A stretch of 64,000 nt of DNA from Bigelowiella natans CCMP2755 (GCA_000320545.1 ADNK01001511.1:1-64000), one strand, 5' to 3'; shown: positions 26,200-47,339, counted from the first letter of the stretch. The notes: generated by a model not told the origin, from the letters alone. Numbers and translations are program-made.

Positions 26200-27950
26200 A
26201 TTTTATTTTTGGTTTTCGCAAAATAGTTTTTGGTGAAAATATTGAAAAATTGACCACGACTATCATCACCATGCGCTAATGTTCTGCAGCTTTCAAAGTA
26301 TTGTCGTCCAGATCTACGTCGGGACTAGGGGAAGTGCAGCAACTTTGGCAAATGTCATCATTTTCGATGCGATCAAACTTGCTCATTCATCAATTCTGTT
26401 TTTCATGCCATGTGTTGTGACAACATGGATGCAAGATCATGTGTGCCGCAAGGTTCAGCAAATGGGTAATGCTGTTTTCAAGCACATTATGCACGACAGG
26501 TGCTTGCGTTTCATCATATCCGGTGTGTTTGCATGCATGCATTCATTCAAATGCGCAATTTGAGAAACATGATGCGGACTTACATTCATCGCAGCCTCGT
26601 TCTTTTGCGCAGTACATGTTTGAGCCTTGCTAGCTTGAGCGATCGATGTGATGGAGTCGCGCACAATGGACGACAGGCGGGTGTGCACGTACTGCACACA
26701 GATGACATGTAGTGCATGTACTGTATTTCTGTGTACATCTAGACATGTCGTGTCTACAGTGCGCTGTGGGTTACATGCTTGAAGTTTGGGAGCACACCGG
26801 GCTGGAATAATGACACATGTGCATGATACTCGCACAATAAGTGTCGCTTGTCCATCTGCGAATTAATTTGTCGAAATCTCGATGAAGGCACTGCTAGACT
26901 GTGCACAGACAGACTGCAGAGCAGAGAGGGTCCCAATGCATGCACACGCCACTGGGCGCAACTCCCAAGCTCTAGCTCACACAATGCATGCAATATTCAA
27001 TGCACAAGCATCAGCGGCAATGTGATCCTAGAATTGACTTTGCGTTTGCACGCGCACGCGTGCAATGCAATGTGCGTGCCAATGCACATCGCACACAACT
27101 CGGTCAACCTGCAACAATTTTTGTGTTTAAGCAAGCGCGAGCTTTTGAAAGCGATTTGAAGCTTCAGCGTGCAGTGAGAAAGTGAGATAAGTTCGCACGC
27201 AGCTGGGATTTTTCGTGTGCATGCGGTTAGCGTGTGCGCACGCGCTTGCGCATTCTGCAGCGCTGCACATTGCTTGCAACTCTCACCAAACTTCTTGCAT
27301 TTTTCGCAAAAACAACGTTTTGGCTTTCGAAAATGACACGTTTTGTTTGGTCGTTTCTCGGTCAAAAATTGCATTTTGACGCTCGGCCAAGGTGCAGATG
27401 TGTACTGCTGTGATCACATTCATCAATGTGAAGCGCTGCGCACACGCGCACGACAACTCGCCTTTTGTGCTGCAGCCAAATGTTACCGGGTTTGACCGAG
27501 CTGTGCAAGATGAAGAGTTGTGACTCACATCTGCTGATCTAGTGATGCAGGCCTTGTCGTGTCGTCAATGGATGGACAGTTCCCATGGCGCACACGTGTG
27601 TGGCAGCCCAATTTGTAAGTCATAATTCATGCATTGGCTGCCGCTCTCACGTGCACACGCATTTGCCTAGCTGTCTAGTCGATGCCCAGCCAGACTGCAT
27701 TTGCACTGTAGTTTGCCGCACAACCACACACAACATGCATTCACACGAATGTTGTGTACCAATGTACAGCAACATGTGCATGCACGTGTGCATGTCTGGC
27801 ACTGAATCAGCTAGATCGAGTGTCGTAATCTTTAAAAATCGAGTCGAGATTGATGATAGGCGGGTCAAGTTTCATTCACGGAATGTGAAACCTGACCACA
27901 TCGGCCAATGGGCGTTTCACGATGCAAATATTTTTATTGTATCACGATTT
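26200..27950. other. TpA-depleted tract T4 between convergent genes
   Basis: Saturated with TGCA, CACA, TGTG, CATG; residual TA often in CTAG; generates many His/Cys-rich spurious ORFs. Confidence 0.8.
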
Positions 27951-27958
27951 GTCTCTTG

Positions 27959-30178
27959 TTAAGTCTTTTTTTGGTCATCTTCATTTTTCTGAGGTGCCGC
28001 CATCTTCAAGGATTCAACATCAGTTTTGCCTTCTTTCACTGCATTGGTGATCAGCTTTAGAAGCATGGGGACATCTTGCAGAGTCAACCCTATATCGCCG
28101 CGAGCAACATTATGGGTCTGTGTAACCGTGTTCCTGCGGCCTTGGAGCATGAGAGCCATAATGTCCCACGTTTCAGAATCTACAACAGTTTCCGAGTCTT
28201 TTTCATCGGCCCTTGGATCCCCCTCCTCAAAACCCACAATACGTTCCCACAATGATGGAACACGCAGATACTGTTGGGCGAAGCCTCCGCTCATGGTTCC
28301 GCCCTTCCCATTGTCATCCTTTTCAGGGTCATTCAACGGTGTCACTTTTACAGTATTCCTCAATTGTGAACCAACTAACGCTGCCCACGAGCTGGGTACT
28401 CTATCTCTGACGTTTTCACTCAATTCGAGTTCTTTATCTCCACTTTCATCCTTATCTTTCTTACAACGACAGCATCTGGGACACTGTTTCAGTATAGCTT
28501 GGCCTCGTTCCTTCAAAAAGTAGCAGATGAGCGCGAAAGTGCTCATGGACGCGAGTAGTATGATAGGTCCGATCATGACATCCATGCCCAGGCTATCACT
28601 GCTAGTGTCAGCCGAGGCTTCGCATTGAGAAGCTCCAAGATAAGTCTGTTTTGCATATGTTTCAGCATTGATGTAGTCTCCATCCGCCAGCTCCTTCGCA
28701 ATGGCCCATGAGAATGCTGGTTGAAGATCGTCTCTAATGGGCATTGAGTTTATTAGTACCAACACTATGTCGCCGACCATCGTCTTATCACAGTGCTTCT
28801 GCTTGTTTTCAGGAGTATAACGGCCTGTCAAAGCACTGTTGAATTCGTCCACAGTCAGCAAGGCAGCTTCGCATCGGCCATCACTCATTCCATTGAGTGC
28901 CTCCTTGGCATCTGTAGCTGTCACTGCCTGTATATCAGGGTATCGAGATCCAACAGATGGTAGACTTGCTTCGAGAAGGCACACTCTGTAGTTTTTCTCG
29001 ATAGCTTCCTCGAGCGAGTTTACTTCACCGCTGACCCGAGATGTGAGTATATGGACGGTTACCTGGGCTGTATAGGTGGTGAGCATGACCAATGAAAATA
29101 CACCAATACCCCCAAGCTGAATCCTGCCGGCAGTAGTGTGAGGATTCCATCTAAAATCACCAGACCCGAAGAAAGACATCAGGGCATAGAAGATTGTTGT
29201 CGATAGGTTGACTATATTGGTGTGGCCTGGAAAATCAGATTCATTCGTCCAGCCTTCTGCAACCCATATTACAATTCCTCCGTAAACAAGTACAAGAACC
29301 GTAGAGAACCAAACCCAGAAGGTAAAGGGCTTCCATGGCGCCGCCATCGAGTTTACCCAAGTCGATGGATCAGAAAGTTCGTTATCCGAGGATTGTTTTA
29401 CGATTAGTTTGAACTTGTCAGAATATACCCCAGCAGTGAAATCAACGAACTTCCTTCTTTCGTCCGTAGTCCAAAAGTTTCCGATACATATGTCCGTTGA
29501 GTTTAATGCTACCTCGTGGCAGCAGGCTGTGTAGGAAGATGTGGGTGAGAATTCGTTCGAGCGGTTGGAGACTTGAATTATGTCATACGTGATGCCGTAC
29601 TTCGGGAACACATTGTGCAGCATGAATGTCACCATAGATCCCTCTTTGTTGCCGTCGTCCTTCGATGTCACCAAAGTATAACCTGATCCACTATCAGCAG
29701 GAAAGCTCACGCGAAGACGGGGAAGTGCCCGTAGACTCCTCTCATGAAGACCTAAACCAAATTTGTTGCTATAGCCGCACGTTTCGTAGCTGTAGTATAA
29801 AGCCTGGTATGACCCATTTACTATGTGTGTTGCTGTTGGAAACGACATCGACTTGGTTGGAAAACGGTCACAGGTAGTTTTGTTTACGTAGCACCAAGGA
29901 ACTCGACACCATTCAGGCAGAGGATTGGTGTTAGGTAGACAGGCAGCAGCTGTACCGTTGTCGTATGGCTTGCATCCCTGAGCCCCGAAGGAAATCGGGT
30001 AGCATTCTCCATCTTGAGCCAAAACGCATTCGTTCGCAGTGGCATTGTATCGCCTAGTAATGCCAATGGCTGTCGGCCAAGGGTTTATGCATGGGCACGA
30101 GGATGTGCCTCTATATCCATTTGTTGCAGGAAGGCTGATTCCATAAATTAGCCAAAGTAAACCCAGAAGTTCTCGCAT
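27959..30178 (-). CDS. Intronless ionotropic glutamate receptor-like ligand-gated channel with N-terminal Cys-rich (kringle-like) domain
   Basis: 739-aa ORF: signal peptide; PEWCRVPWCYV..YSYETCG; S1 (DICIGNFWTTDERRKFVDFT); WKPFTFWVW-M1; pore loop FYALMSFFGSG..PHTTAGRI; M3 TTYTAQVT (cf. SYTANLAA); S2; M4; cytosolic tail. Confidence 0.88.
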   Translation of the reverse strand: MRELLGLLWLIYGISLPATNGYRGTSSCPCINPWPTAIGITRRYNATANECVLAQDGECYPISFGAQGCKPYDNGTAAACLPNTNPLPEWCRVPWCYVNKTTCDRFPTKSMSFPTATHIVNGSYQALYYSYETCGYSNKFGLGLHERSLRALPRLRVSFPADSGSGYTLVTSKDDGNKEGSMVTFMLHNVFPKYGITYDIIQVSNRSNEFSPTSSYTACCHEVALNSTDICIGNFWTTDERRKFVDFTAGVYSDKFKLIVKQSSDNELSDPSTWVNSMAAPWKPFTFWVWFSTVLVLVYGGIVIWVAEGWTNESDFPGHTNIVNLSTTIFYALMSFFGSGDFRWNPHTTAGRIQLGGIGVFSLVMLTTYTAQVTVHILTSRVSGEVNSLEEAIEKNYRVCLLEASLPSVGSRYPDIQAVTATDAKEALNGMSDGRCEAALLTVDEFNSALTGRYTPENKQKHCDKTMVGDIVLVLINSMPIRDDLQPAFSWAIAKELADGDYINAETYAKQTYLGASQCEASADTSSDSLGMDVMIGPIILLASMSTFALICYFLKERGQAILKQCPRCCRCKKDKDESGDKELELSENVRDRVPSSWAALVGSQLRNTVKVTPLNDPEKDDNGKGGTMSGGFAQQYLRVPSLWERIVGFEEGDPRADEKDSETVVDSETWDIMALMLQGRRNTVTQTHNVARGDIGLTLQDVPMLLKLITNAVKEGKTDVESLKMAAPQKNEDDQKKT

Positions 30179-30447
30179 CCAGATAATTCCAAGTACAAGA
30201 TCGATAAGGAGCTCCAGTCCCTGTTTTACTCTCTATAGTCACGCACCACCCCCATTAATTTCACCCATTACTTAGTTCGTTAGTGAGCTAGGGAGTCGCA
30301 TCTTTGATTGCCCAAATAAATCTCGTATCCCAGACTTATCTGAGTGCCGTTACATTGTAGTTGATGAGAGTTGTAGCAGTAGATCTAGCACTCATGCATG
30401 CTAACCAATGCTATAATACCCAAATGGAGATGATCATCATCATCACC

Positions 30448-30494
<47 letters not shown>

Positions 30495-31030
30495 GTCATC
30501 GTCGTTACCTTCCCCCTCGGTATTGTTATTGATAAATTATCGAGTAGGAGACACCACTCCTGGTAGTAGGAACCACCAATGCAATAATCGTAGGTCTAGG
30601 CCAGTCGAATGACAAAAAAATAACAATAATATATCTAATCGTAATAATAATAATGATAACAACAATAACAACAATTAATCAATCTCCTGTTTGCTTAGAT
30701 ATATTATTTAAGCCAAGAACATCGACTACAAGTCATTATCTTTGTGAGTGAGTTATATCAACAACAAGTGGATGCATCAACTAATATGGAAAACAACAAT
30801 TATTTTCTTTTTTAGTGGATGTTCTTGGTTGTTGTTGTTGTTGTTGTTGTTGTTATTATTATTAGAAGATCGAGAGAGTGGAAGGAGCAGCTGCATCAGA
30901 TTGTTCCGAAGAGGAGGAGGACGAGGAGGAGGAGGAGGAGCGTGGTGATCATAAGAGATACGAGATCATACTCTTCACAGCAGAATCTCTTGCACTATAG
31001 GAGGGGACATCATGCTCAAATAGTTGTCAC

Positions 31031-31077
<47 letters not shown>

Positions 31078-31449
31078 GGGTTGAGAAGACTCTCGCATTA
31101 GTATTGTAAATGATCGATGGTTGGATAAATCATTTTTATGAGTTATGCGAGGGGCATTCATAAGGATCCAATTGCATCGAAGGCAGAAGTTTCGTACAAG
31201 TATATTCTCTGGTTTGCAGATAGCAGTCTTACTCTTTCATGTGTACACAGTGGTTCTACACATCATATATGCAATCCAACTCCCAATAATCTCCTCATTA
31301 TCGTTATCTCAACCAACTCATAATAAGGACGCCAGCGCTTCAAATCCCAATGGTCGCGTAATCTAGATAGCGTTCGTATTTTTGCAGCAGCCGCAAGCAT
31401 TATCACCCTCGCACTACTCAGTGGATGATTTTATTTCCTTTGAATGCAG

Positions 31450-38768
<7,319 letters not shown>

Positions 38769-38799
38769 GTTATCACAGCTGCAACAAGCAGAGGCAAGT

Positions 38800-39800
38800 C
38801 TATATACAAGTAAGCAATATGCACGTTTTTCGAGAGGATGTGCTACGCTCGAGATACACAGCTGCTGGACGATCTAGATGTTGTTATGCTTCATTATTGA
38901 ACGTTTGTGAATGATCACTCATCACCTGAATATAATCATGAATTGACGTAGGCGACTTTGACAGCAGACTCATTTCTTTGCAATCTTTGACGTGTGACAC
39001 ACGGTCAACCGATGCAAATTGCTAGCTGTGGCTTAATTGAATGCTTTAATGCTTATATCGTATCATAATAGACACGGCAATAGGATATATATATTTTATA
39101 TATACCATATTGCATGTCTATCATTATCGATCTTTTATTTGGTTCCCGCAACATGTCAACAATAATCATTACATTGCACCAAAATGTGTATCGACGACAC
39201 AAGAGCTCATTGGCGAAGTGGCAATCGTGAGCTATAAGCCAAAGTCAAGTTTTCATTTCAAACAATAACATCTAAATGTGCTGCACGTCTAGAGGACCAG
39301 CAGCCGCATTTAGAAAGCAGCATTAGTCTAGCAGTCTGTTTCGATTTTTGGTGTGACAACGTTTTCATATTATTATTCGTACACTGCATTTATCGTACCC
39401 GTGGCTGGTGCACACACACCGTTCTAGCGTTGTTGCTATTTTATCACGGGTATAGATAATACTGTCGCGCAATGCAACTACAGGTACATGCAGCATTGGC
39501 ATATCTAGATATAGCTAGATAGCTACATCATGATGACAATTGAAAAGGTTCAATCATATCATGACCCCTTTTAGCATGCATGTAACTAAGCCATAGTCCG
39601 CATCATGTCATCATGTGGATTATTATTCTTCTCTACATCGCATAAAATCAAAAAAAGCGCATTTATGCGTACATAGCCATCTGATGGAAGATAATATTAA
39701 TCTAAATATAGCGTGGCAGCGGAATATATTCCATGAGAGTTGGAGAATATATATTAGACCAATGCATCATACGCACTTACTTTATCAGTCAGTCAACGTT
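38800..39800. other. TGCA/CATG/CTAG-rich tract T5 (weak TpA depletion) between convergent genes
   Basis: Microsatellite-free spacer with frequent CTAG, GCAT, CATG; many TA remain. Confidence 0.45.
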
Positions 39801-39865
39801 TTGAATCCCAGAATAAGAGCCTCTTCCTTCATGAGTTCCCCCCGTTTGGTTTTGGCCATTGTACA

Positions 39866-40163
39866 CTACTTATCCACTGGAATATGCATTTGGTGCAGAG
39901 GGGGGCGCTTCTGCTGCTGCTTCTGTGTCACCGTATGCAGGAGGGGCTGATGGCTGACCTACTTATGTGTGCACATAGTAAATATATATATAATATAACA
40001 ACGTGTTCTTCTAACTTAATCCTAATCCTCATTGATTATGATGTCCGTTGTTCAACCACATACTTAAACTTTAAGTTGGAACTACGATATTAATGTATTT
40101 TGATCTTTCTTGCTGCCTACTACTAACATTCCTACTGCAACTACAACAACTACTACTACTACA

Positions 40164-40197
<34 letters not shown>

Positions 40198-41219
40198 GTA
40201 CCATCTGGGACTTTTGTTTCTTGAGCGGTAAGATATTGCCGAATGGCAGGATTTAGACTTACGACTCCAGTCGAGCGAGCGCCTATTTTGCCTTTTACTC
40301 TGTGCAACAACAATGATGCAGAGGCGCATTGATGATGATGATAATGATAAATAGAAAGAAGAGAGGCGGATAGACAAGTAGAGGGAACAACGATGTAAAG
40401 AAGAAAGAGGAAAAAAAAGGAGGAGAAGAATATTAGAACTTGTTTCTTTCTATAATGTATGCTTATTATTATTATTATTATTATTATCATTATTATCTAC
40501 AAACTGACTTTCCCCACATATCCACCATTTCTCCAGCCAATTTTAATTGCACCGACTGTAGTTTGATAAAGGAAGAAGAGGAAGAAACAGCAGCAGGGAG
40601 AGTGATCGGAGAGAACGTATGGGGGGGGAAGGGGGGGAGGGATGCAAAAAGAAACAAATAAAGAGGAAGTGAAGAGGAATATTTAGACGAGAGTTGTTCT
40701 TAATATGGTGGGTGGTCTTCTCTTCCTAAAGCTGCTGCTGCTGCTGCTGCTGCTTGTTGCTCATTCATTTGCCTGCTGTCACGTTTGATGAAAGTACTTC
40801 GTTCTTACCGATATCCGTTTCACTTCAAAGTCGAAAAGTCTCGCTTTGGCCTTGATTATTAATAAATAGTTGGCGTTATCACTTTATTTTACATGTACTA
40901 GTTAGTATCAGAGTTGTTGGAGAAGAATGTATGAATGAATGAATGAATCAATAGATTACCATCCAATATCTTGGTAGGAGCTCTTTCTTCATTGAGTTTC
41001 GAATGAGATCAATCAATCTATTCAGGACTTCTAACTTATGATTTGCTTCCTCGAGCTGAGGAGGAGGAGGAGGAGGAGGAGGAGGAGGAGGAGGAGGAGA
41101 GTAATTGGACATCATTAATCCACAGTAGCAGAAGTAGTTGTAGCTTGATAATAAAGTAATGATAATCGTGGTAAACAGAAAATGGGACAATAATAATAAT
41201 GATAATAAAAATCTGATAA

Positions 41220-41259
<40 letters not shown>

Positions 41260-41270
41260 ATATATACCGC

Positions 41271-41322
<52 letters not shown>

Positions 41323-42829
41323 AGTGCCACACAGCTTTTTGCTGCTACTGCTACTGCCTCCTCTGCTTCTTCTTCTTCCTCCTCCTCCTCCTCCTACTAC
41401 TACTACGTCTACTACGACTACTACTTTCGCCTCTTTTGCATTCTGCTTTTCCAGTCTCTCCACCATTGATGCTTGAGTTTTTGCCTAAAGCCATAATAAT
41501 GAATGGTTTATCATCAGCAAATAGCAGTAGCACCACCACCACCCAGTAATATACAATTTCAATTCTTCAATATTGACCAACATCTACAGTACACATTTAC
41601 ACACTAATCCAATAGCAGTATCACCACCAGGAGGGGGTAGGTGTTGTCTCTCCTTCTTCTTCTTCTTCTTTTTCTTCTTCCCCTCATCTTGTATTCTTCT
41701 CGTCGCTCCCAAGTGTACCACACGCACACACACACACACATACACATACATCTCAATGTATTTCACCATAAATCATCATCAATATATGCTCTCAATGTGT
41801 ATATGTAGCAATGATGGATGGAAGGACGTACGTATACTACTACTGCTACTACCTTTATCTCTAATTTATTCGGTGCCTCAAACGCCATTTGAAGAGCCTA
41901 GTAGTAGGCTACTAGTGTAAAACTTGTTTGGTACTACAACTACTATTTTATATTGTGTACAAGAAAGAAAAAGATGATCTTGCTCTCTATATTTATGGTA
42001 TCATGAACAAATGCGTATTATGTGACTGCCATCACGCTTATGCATTTACCAAGAAATTCGTGTGCGTGTGCGTGTGCGTGTGCGTGTGCGTGTGTGTATG
42101 TGTGTGCGTGTGTATGTCCCCAACAACTAGCTACACGTCAAGATATCAATAAATGCTTCTTCACAGACATCGGGGGGGGGCATGCAGCAGTAGCATTAGG
42201 AAAATCGAAGCTGCATCATGCACCATTTAATATGTGACTATTATCCCCCCCCCCCCCCTCCACCGTTTATCTCTCCTAGAATGCTGCAAAGAAATGCATT
42301 TTAAGTCAACCATTTTCTTTAGTAGCATTAGTTAATAATCTCAGCACTACTACTACTACTACTGCTGCTGCTACTACCACTATCACTACTACTTATACAC
42401 GAAGTGCTAACAATATATAGCAGGTACCTCTGTGTAGTGTATTTCCCATTGAAACCATGCCACAATATGGGATAGAGGCTGTGCCTACGATTAAGCACCA
42501 CCACCAGCAGTAATAAACAGATAGCAGCTGTAGTAGTAGTAGTAGTTGTAGCAATAACAGGAGGAGAAAACACTTTCTACTACTACTAGTACTACTACTA
42601 CCTCAATAGATTGGAACCATTGGGTTGTATAGTCAACCATATCTGGACGCTTATGGGCAGGTATTCTGTATCTTGGACGATGATGTTTACAAATAGTAGT
42701 TAAACAGCAGGAGCACCACCACCACCACCACCGTGCAAGTAGCAGTAGTAAATAGTAGCAAACAAAGGAAGAGAGGCAAAACAAAAAACAAAACAATTTA
42801 GAATCAGTGAACATCAGTGGATCATGCAG

Positions 42830-42866
<37 letters not shown>

Positions 42867-43288
42867 TAGAAAGAAGAGTAAATGATGAATAGTAGTAGTT
42901 GTAGTAGCAGTAGTAATAATAATAAGAATGTCATCATTCGTCGTAAGGTTGATTGTTCCAAAAACGACGACGAATACCATGTGATAGGATACAATACGAT
43001 ATACAACGATATTGTTCTCTTCAACACCACCACGACACTATTAACTGCTACTGCTGCAAACACCTCTTCTCCTACTAGCACTATTCTTCATATTGCTATG
43101 ATCATCATCACGAAAGAAGAAGAACAACAAACAACTACTTGGTCTTATTCTCCAGATCGATGATAGATGTGTATGCTTTAAGGATGGGTGCTAGTCCTTA
43201 TATATTATTTCGTGATAATGGTGATGTTAGTGATGATGATGATGATGATTTATATGTCTTTGCCACCAATCAATGCGAGGTTAAGATC

Positions 43289-43330
<42 letters not shown>

Positions 43331-43522
43331 AACACTCCTATTTTGATTATGCATCATCCTTTTTACCTTTGTCTCGAGTTATCTGAAGAATTGGAAGAGC
43401 CGAAATTTGTTTTTCCTACGTTTGTATATTCATTCATTCGATACAAGAACAAGAACAATGTAAGAAGTGCTGAGCCTCTCCTAATAGATAAGTAAATGAA
43501 TGGAACCAGTATATTCTTTACG

Positions 43523-43560
<38 letters not shown>

Positions 43561-44616
43561 TACATACATACACAGGGTGAGAATTGTATACGCACAAGGC
43601 CTTTAAGAATAGGAGCCAGAGTAGGAACGTCCTTTGTGGTAGTAGTAGTAGTAGTAGTAGTAGTAGTTAGTAGTAGTAGAAGTAGTAGTAGTAGTAATAG
43701 GCAGTATGAATAATATTTCAGTCAATTAACAGCAGTAGTAGTAGAGTAGTAGCAGTAGTAGTTGTATTAGTAGTAGTAGTAGCAAATACCACCAACAAAC
43801 AACTACTACGAACACATAATAATAAATAAATAAATAATAGCACGCGAAATCACACACAGTAGGAATAAATCCATGTATCAAGTATGTAGGATAGTAGACA
43901 GATGATGGTGACGACGCATTCTTCATTATTAATCCCACACACACACACATACACGCACACAAACAATCGACGAGTGGTTTCATCGGAATAGTAAACAACA
44001 ACAGATTGGTATTGATGATCACCACCATCATCATCATTATCATCGTCATTGCACCATCAATCCAATTAATTTCCAAATTTGTGTGAAAGCAACAAAACAA
44101 GGCATCATATTGAAAGAGATTTTACGTCGTTATAATAATAAAGAGGGGGTTCAGTAAGGAAGAAAAGAGAATGGGAGGAGGAGGAGGAGGAGGAGGAGGA
44201 AGAGGGTAGGCACATCACTTATTGGTTTCAAGGGCGCAAACATAAAAAGGTAGTATATAAATAAAATAAGATGATGATTTGAAGCAGATCATCATCTATA
44301 GTAGTTGTTTTAAGTCAGAGAGTAGGCGAGGACTAAAACAAGAACACTACTTCACCAATCATCATAATCATAATCATCATCATCATCATCTAATAATAAT
44401 AATAATAATAATAATAATTGAAAAGTAATAATGACTGTAAACACACTACAAAACTAATAATAAAAGAGATAAGAGAAAAACAACAACAACAATCACCACC
44501 TTATTTTCTGAAGAACCAGGAGGGCTGCGTGCTGTTCCACCACCTTCTTCTTTGTCTCCCCCCTCCTCTCCCCCTGCTGGCAATTCAGCAGGTGTACTCT
44601 TCCCGTAGACTATATT

Positions 44617-44693
<77 letters not shown>

Positions 44694-45128
44694 TGGGCAT
44701 GTTAGCATTAATCTGCAATCCAGTACTATAAGTAGTCGCAAAAGAAGTTGCTCTTAATGCGACTACGTGCTTCTGCCGCAATTGTTTGATATAAATAGTG
44801 GGTATTATACAACATAAATTTGTTAATTTGTTCAGCTTTAATAAATGAGTGAATAAACACGCTGCTTTGTACGAAGAAATCACAGGAAAAAGAGGGAAAA
44901 AATACTCAAAGTATGAAAATAATGATGACGATGATCTTATGAATCATATGTTTATGTATTCTATCATCATCCCCCCTCCTCCCCCTCCCCCGGTTAGAAC
45001 AACCATAACAACCTTCCTGAGCGCTACTTTTTACGTCAGACTTAGAGGTATTTGCTACACGTTATCAAACATAACAGATATATGTGGATGATGCTGTCTA
45101 TAGATCACATACATTTGGGTATGTGTGC

Positions 45129-45161
<33 letters not shown>

Positions 45162-45754
45162 TTTTGAGAAACCGGATTAAAGGTAATTCATTTATGATGA
45201 CCGGTGCTGCATGAAATATGTAGTATAGAGAAATGGGGTCGTACAACAGTGAACATCACAGCAGAAACAGTAGGGTGATAGATAGAGGAAAGGTAATGCT
45301 ACAGATACCACCTATTTGTTTGCTTGTTGGTTGGTTTGTTGTACACAGTAGCAGTAGCACGCACAACACGACACAGTTCGTCTTCTTCCTCCTCCCTCCT
45401 CCTCCTCCTCCTTATTTACTTGTTTAACTTACTTACTAACTGACCTAAGTGCTGTTGGAATCTATTGGCAAATTCAAGCAGGTGGTCTACTTCTGATTTC
45501 TGTGGTTGGTATTGTTCAACAACTTGTTGTTAGGTGATGATGATGATGATGATAATAGTGATGATACTGGTGGTGGTGATGGTGGCTCCTATAATAAGAG
45601 TAAGAAATGGTTTGTAGGGGAGGGGTGTCTGTTTCATATGTTGTATACATACACGACTAAAGCAATTCTAAGTTATGGTAAATGTGTGTGTGTGTGTGTG
45701 TGTGTGTGTGTCTGTCTGTGTGTGTACTTATTTTGGGGTAACAACTATAGGTGA

Positions 45755-45786
<32 letters not shown>

Positions 45787-46869
45787 CATCATGTGTATTG
45801 ACCTTCTGTAACAACTTGATTTGAGTGTCATATGCGCGACTGAGGATGATTAAGGATACAAATCACCAAAAATAAAATGCACTTGTAAAGAATAGTTTTG
45901 CAAAAAGATCTACTACTACTGCTACTATCACTACTTCTTATACACGAAGTGCTACAATATATATGTTCGAAACAACACACAAGATTGAAGTAGTACTCTG
46001 TCATTGATAGGAATGCTTGGACTGCAGGAGTATTGAATAGATAAGGCACCTTTCAGTATACCAAACACATCATGATACTACAAAAAGCTACTAGGTATTC
46101 ATTGCATCTGAAGCGTATATTAATGATGATAAAGTTGCAAGAATGAATGCGAGAGAGACGATGCGGTAAAAGAAAGAATGTAATATGTAAGAGAATGCGA
46201 ATAATCCTCAGAGATATATTTATCTACCCATACGATGTATTGAAGAAAAATTTCGAGCCCCCTTCGACGTCGCTCAATGAAGGTTGGATCTTTATTTGCT
46301 GTCTGTCAGCATAAACAGCTTACTTAGTGTTGTTTAGCTGAAACACAATATTTAGAATCATCGATTGCTCTGCCTCTTAGGATAATATATTTCACTAATA
46401 CCATGAAGTAGTTGTCTTTCGGGGGTACTTTTGGGATGGGGATTCCCGGGCAGGTAGCACAAAGATGCTGTTATAAAGTAACAAGAAAAGAGAATAACAG
46501 GTATACAACAATCAATTCATTATTTTGTGTAAAAATGAGTCGATTCAGTAGAATGTGACTACGTCAAAGGTCACCTTATACAGCCAAAGAAACTCCGAAT
46601 ATCTGTGTCGAATCACGTCTCCAGAAAGCTTCGGTGTTACTTCGACTGAGAAAAAAGAACAGCATTTACACAGAAGAAGAAGCCATACGTAGACGAGAGC
46701 GATGATAGTATTGAAATGGTATTACCTTGATAGCTATGATAGGAAGAAAAAAACTTCTTCACCTAAAAATTGTCACGTGAATCACCAGAAAGTAAATACA
46801 AACATACACGCTTGTGCCGTATCATTGGATGTTAATAGAGGAGATGATGCGCCATGGGAAGCGAGAGGT

Positions 46870-46918
<49 letters not shown>

Positions 46919-47220
46919 AGGTGGGATGAGGAAGGAACTGAATGTGAGAACAAATAAGATGCGACGGTATTACCATTATTTACACACACACACATACAGG
47001 ATCATCGATGCATACACTCTGTTCCTCACAATCTTTAGTCATCATTGTCGTCGATTATTAGTAGTATCATCACATGCGGAGAGTACCAGCTTCGGCTCGT
47101 GTACTTTTATCATGTGTTCCTCGAATTCACTCTATAGAAGAACAATCAATAGGAGGCAGTAGAAGAATAGAGAATCATTCGTGCATAAAAGCTTTGAATC
47201 GCGAGAGCAGGTGTCACCAT
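39866..47220 (-). CDS. Sorting nexin (PX domain plus probable BAR domain), many small exons
   Basis: M|SEFEEHMIKVHEPKL|VKKFFSSYHSYQ|VEV..VIRHRYSEFLWLYK|..CPGIPIPKVPPKD|..DPTFIERRRRGLEIFLQYI|..PAVQAFLS is a PX domain. Downstream helical exons (AQPLSHIVAWFQWE, LEEANHKLEVLNRLIDLIRNSMKKELLPRYW, LAGEMVDMW) fit BAR. Middle exons partly unresolved. Confidence 0.82.
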
Positions 47221-47339
47221 GTTAGTTCGTTCTAGGTGTCGAGGGTTCTGTTTAGCAGCCGTCAGACAGATCCGTAGTTGCTCCACAATTAGAAAATTAT
47301 TTTACGATGTTTTTAGTGCATATTGTTCTCGTAAATTAC

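Noticed and set aside
26200-27950. Tracts as intact transposons
   Set aside because: No terminal inverted repeats, LTRs, target-site duplications, transposase or RT motifs, and no clear similarity between tracts was seen. A decayed-TE origin cannot be excluded.
26279-27962. Many overlapping His/Cys/Ala-rich ORFs on both strands (also 9285-10306, 47219-48961, 59814-60651)
   Set aside because: Expected artefact of TpA loss, which removes TAA/TAG stops and turns Tyr codons into His/Cys. No domain motifs.
40948-46049. Short ORFs with [12 protein letters not shown], poly-L or poly-S runs (here and throughout the window)
   Set aside because: Translations of intronic microsatellites or antisense shadows of real exons.
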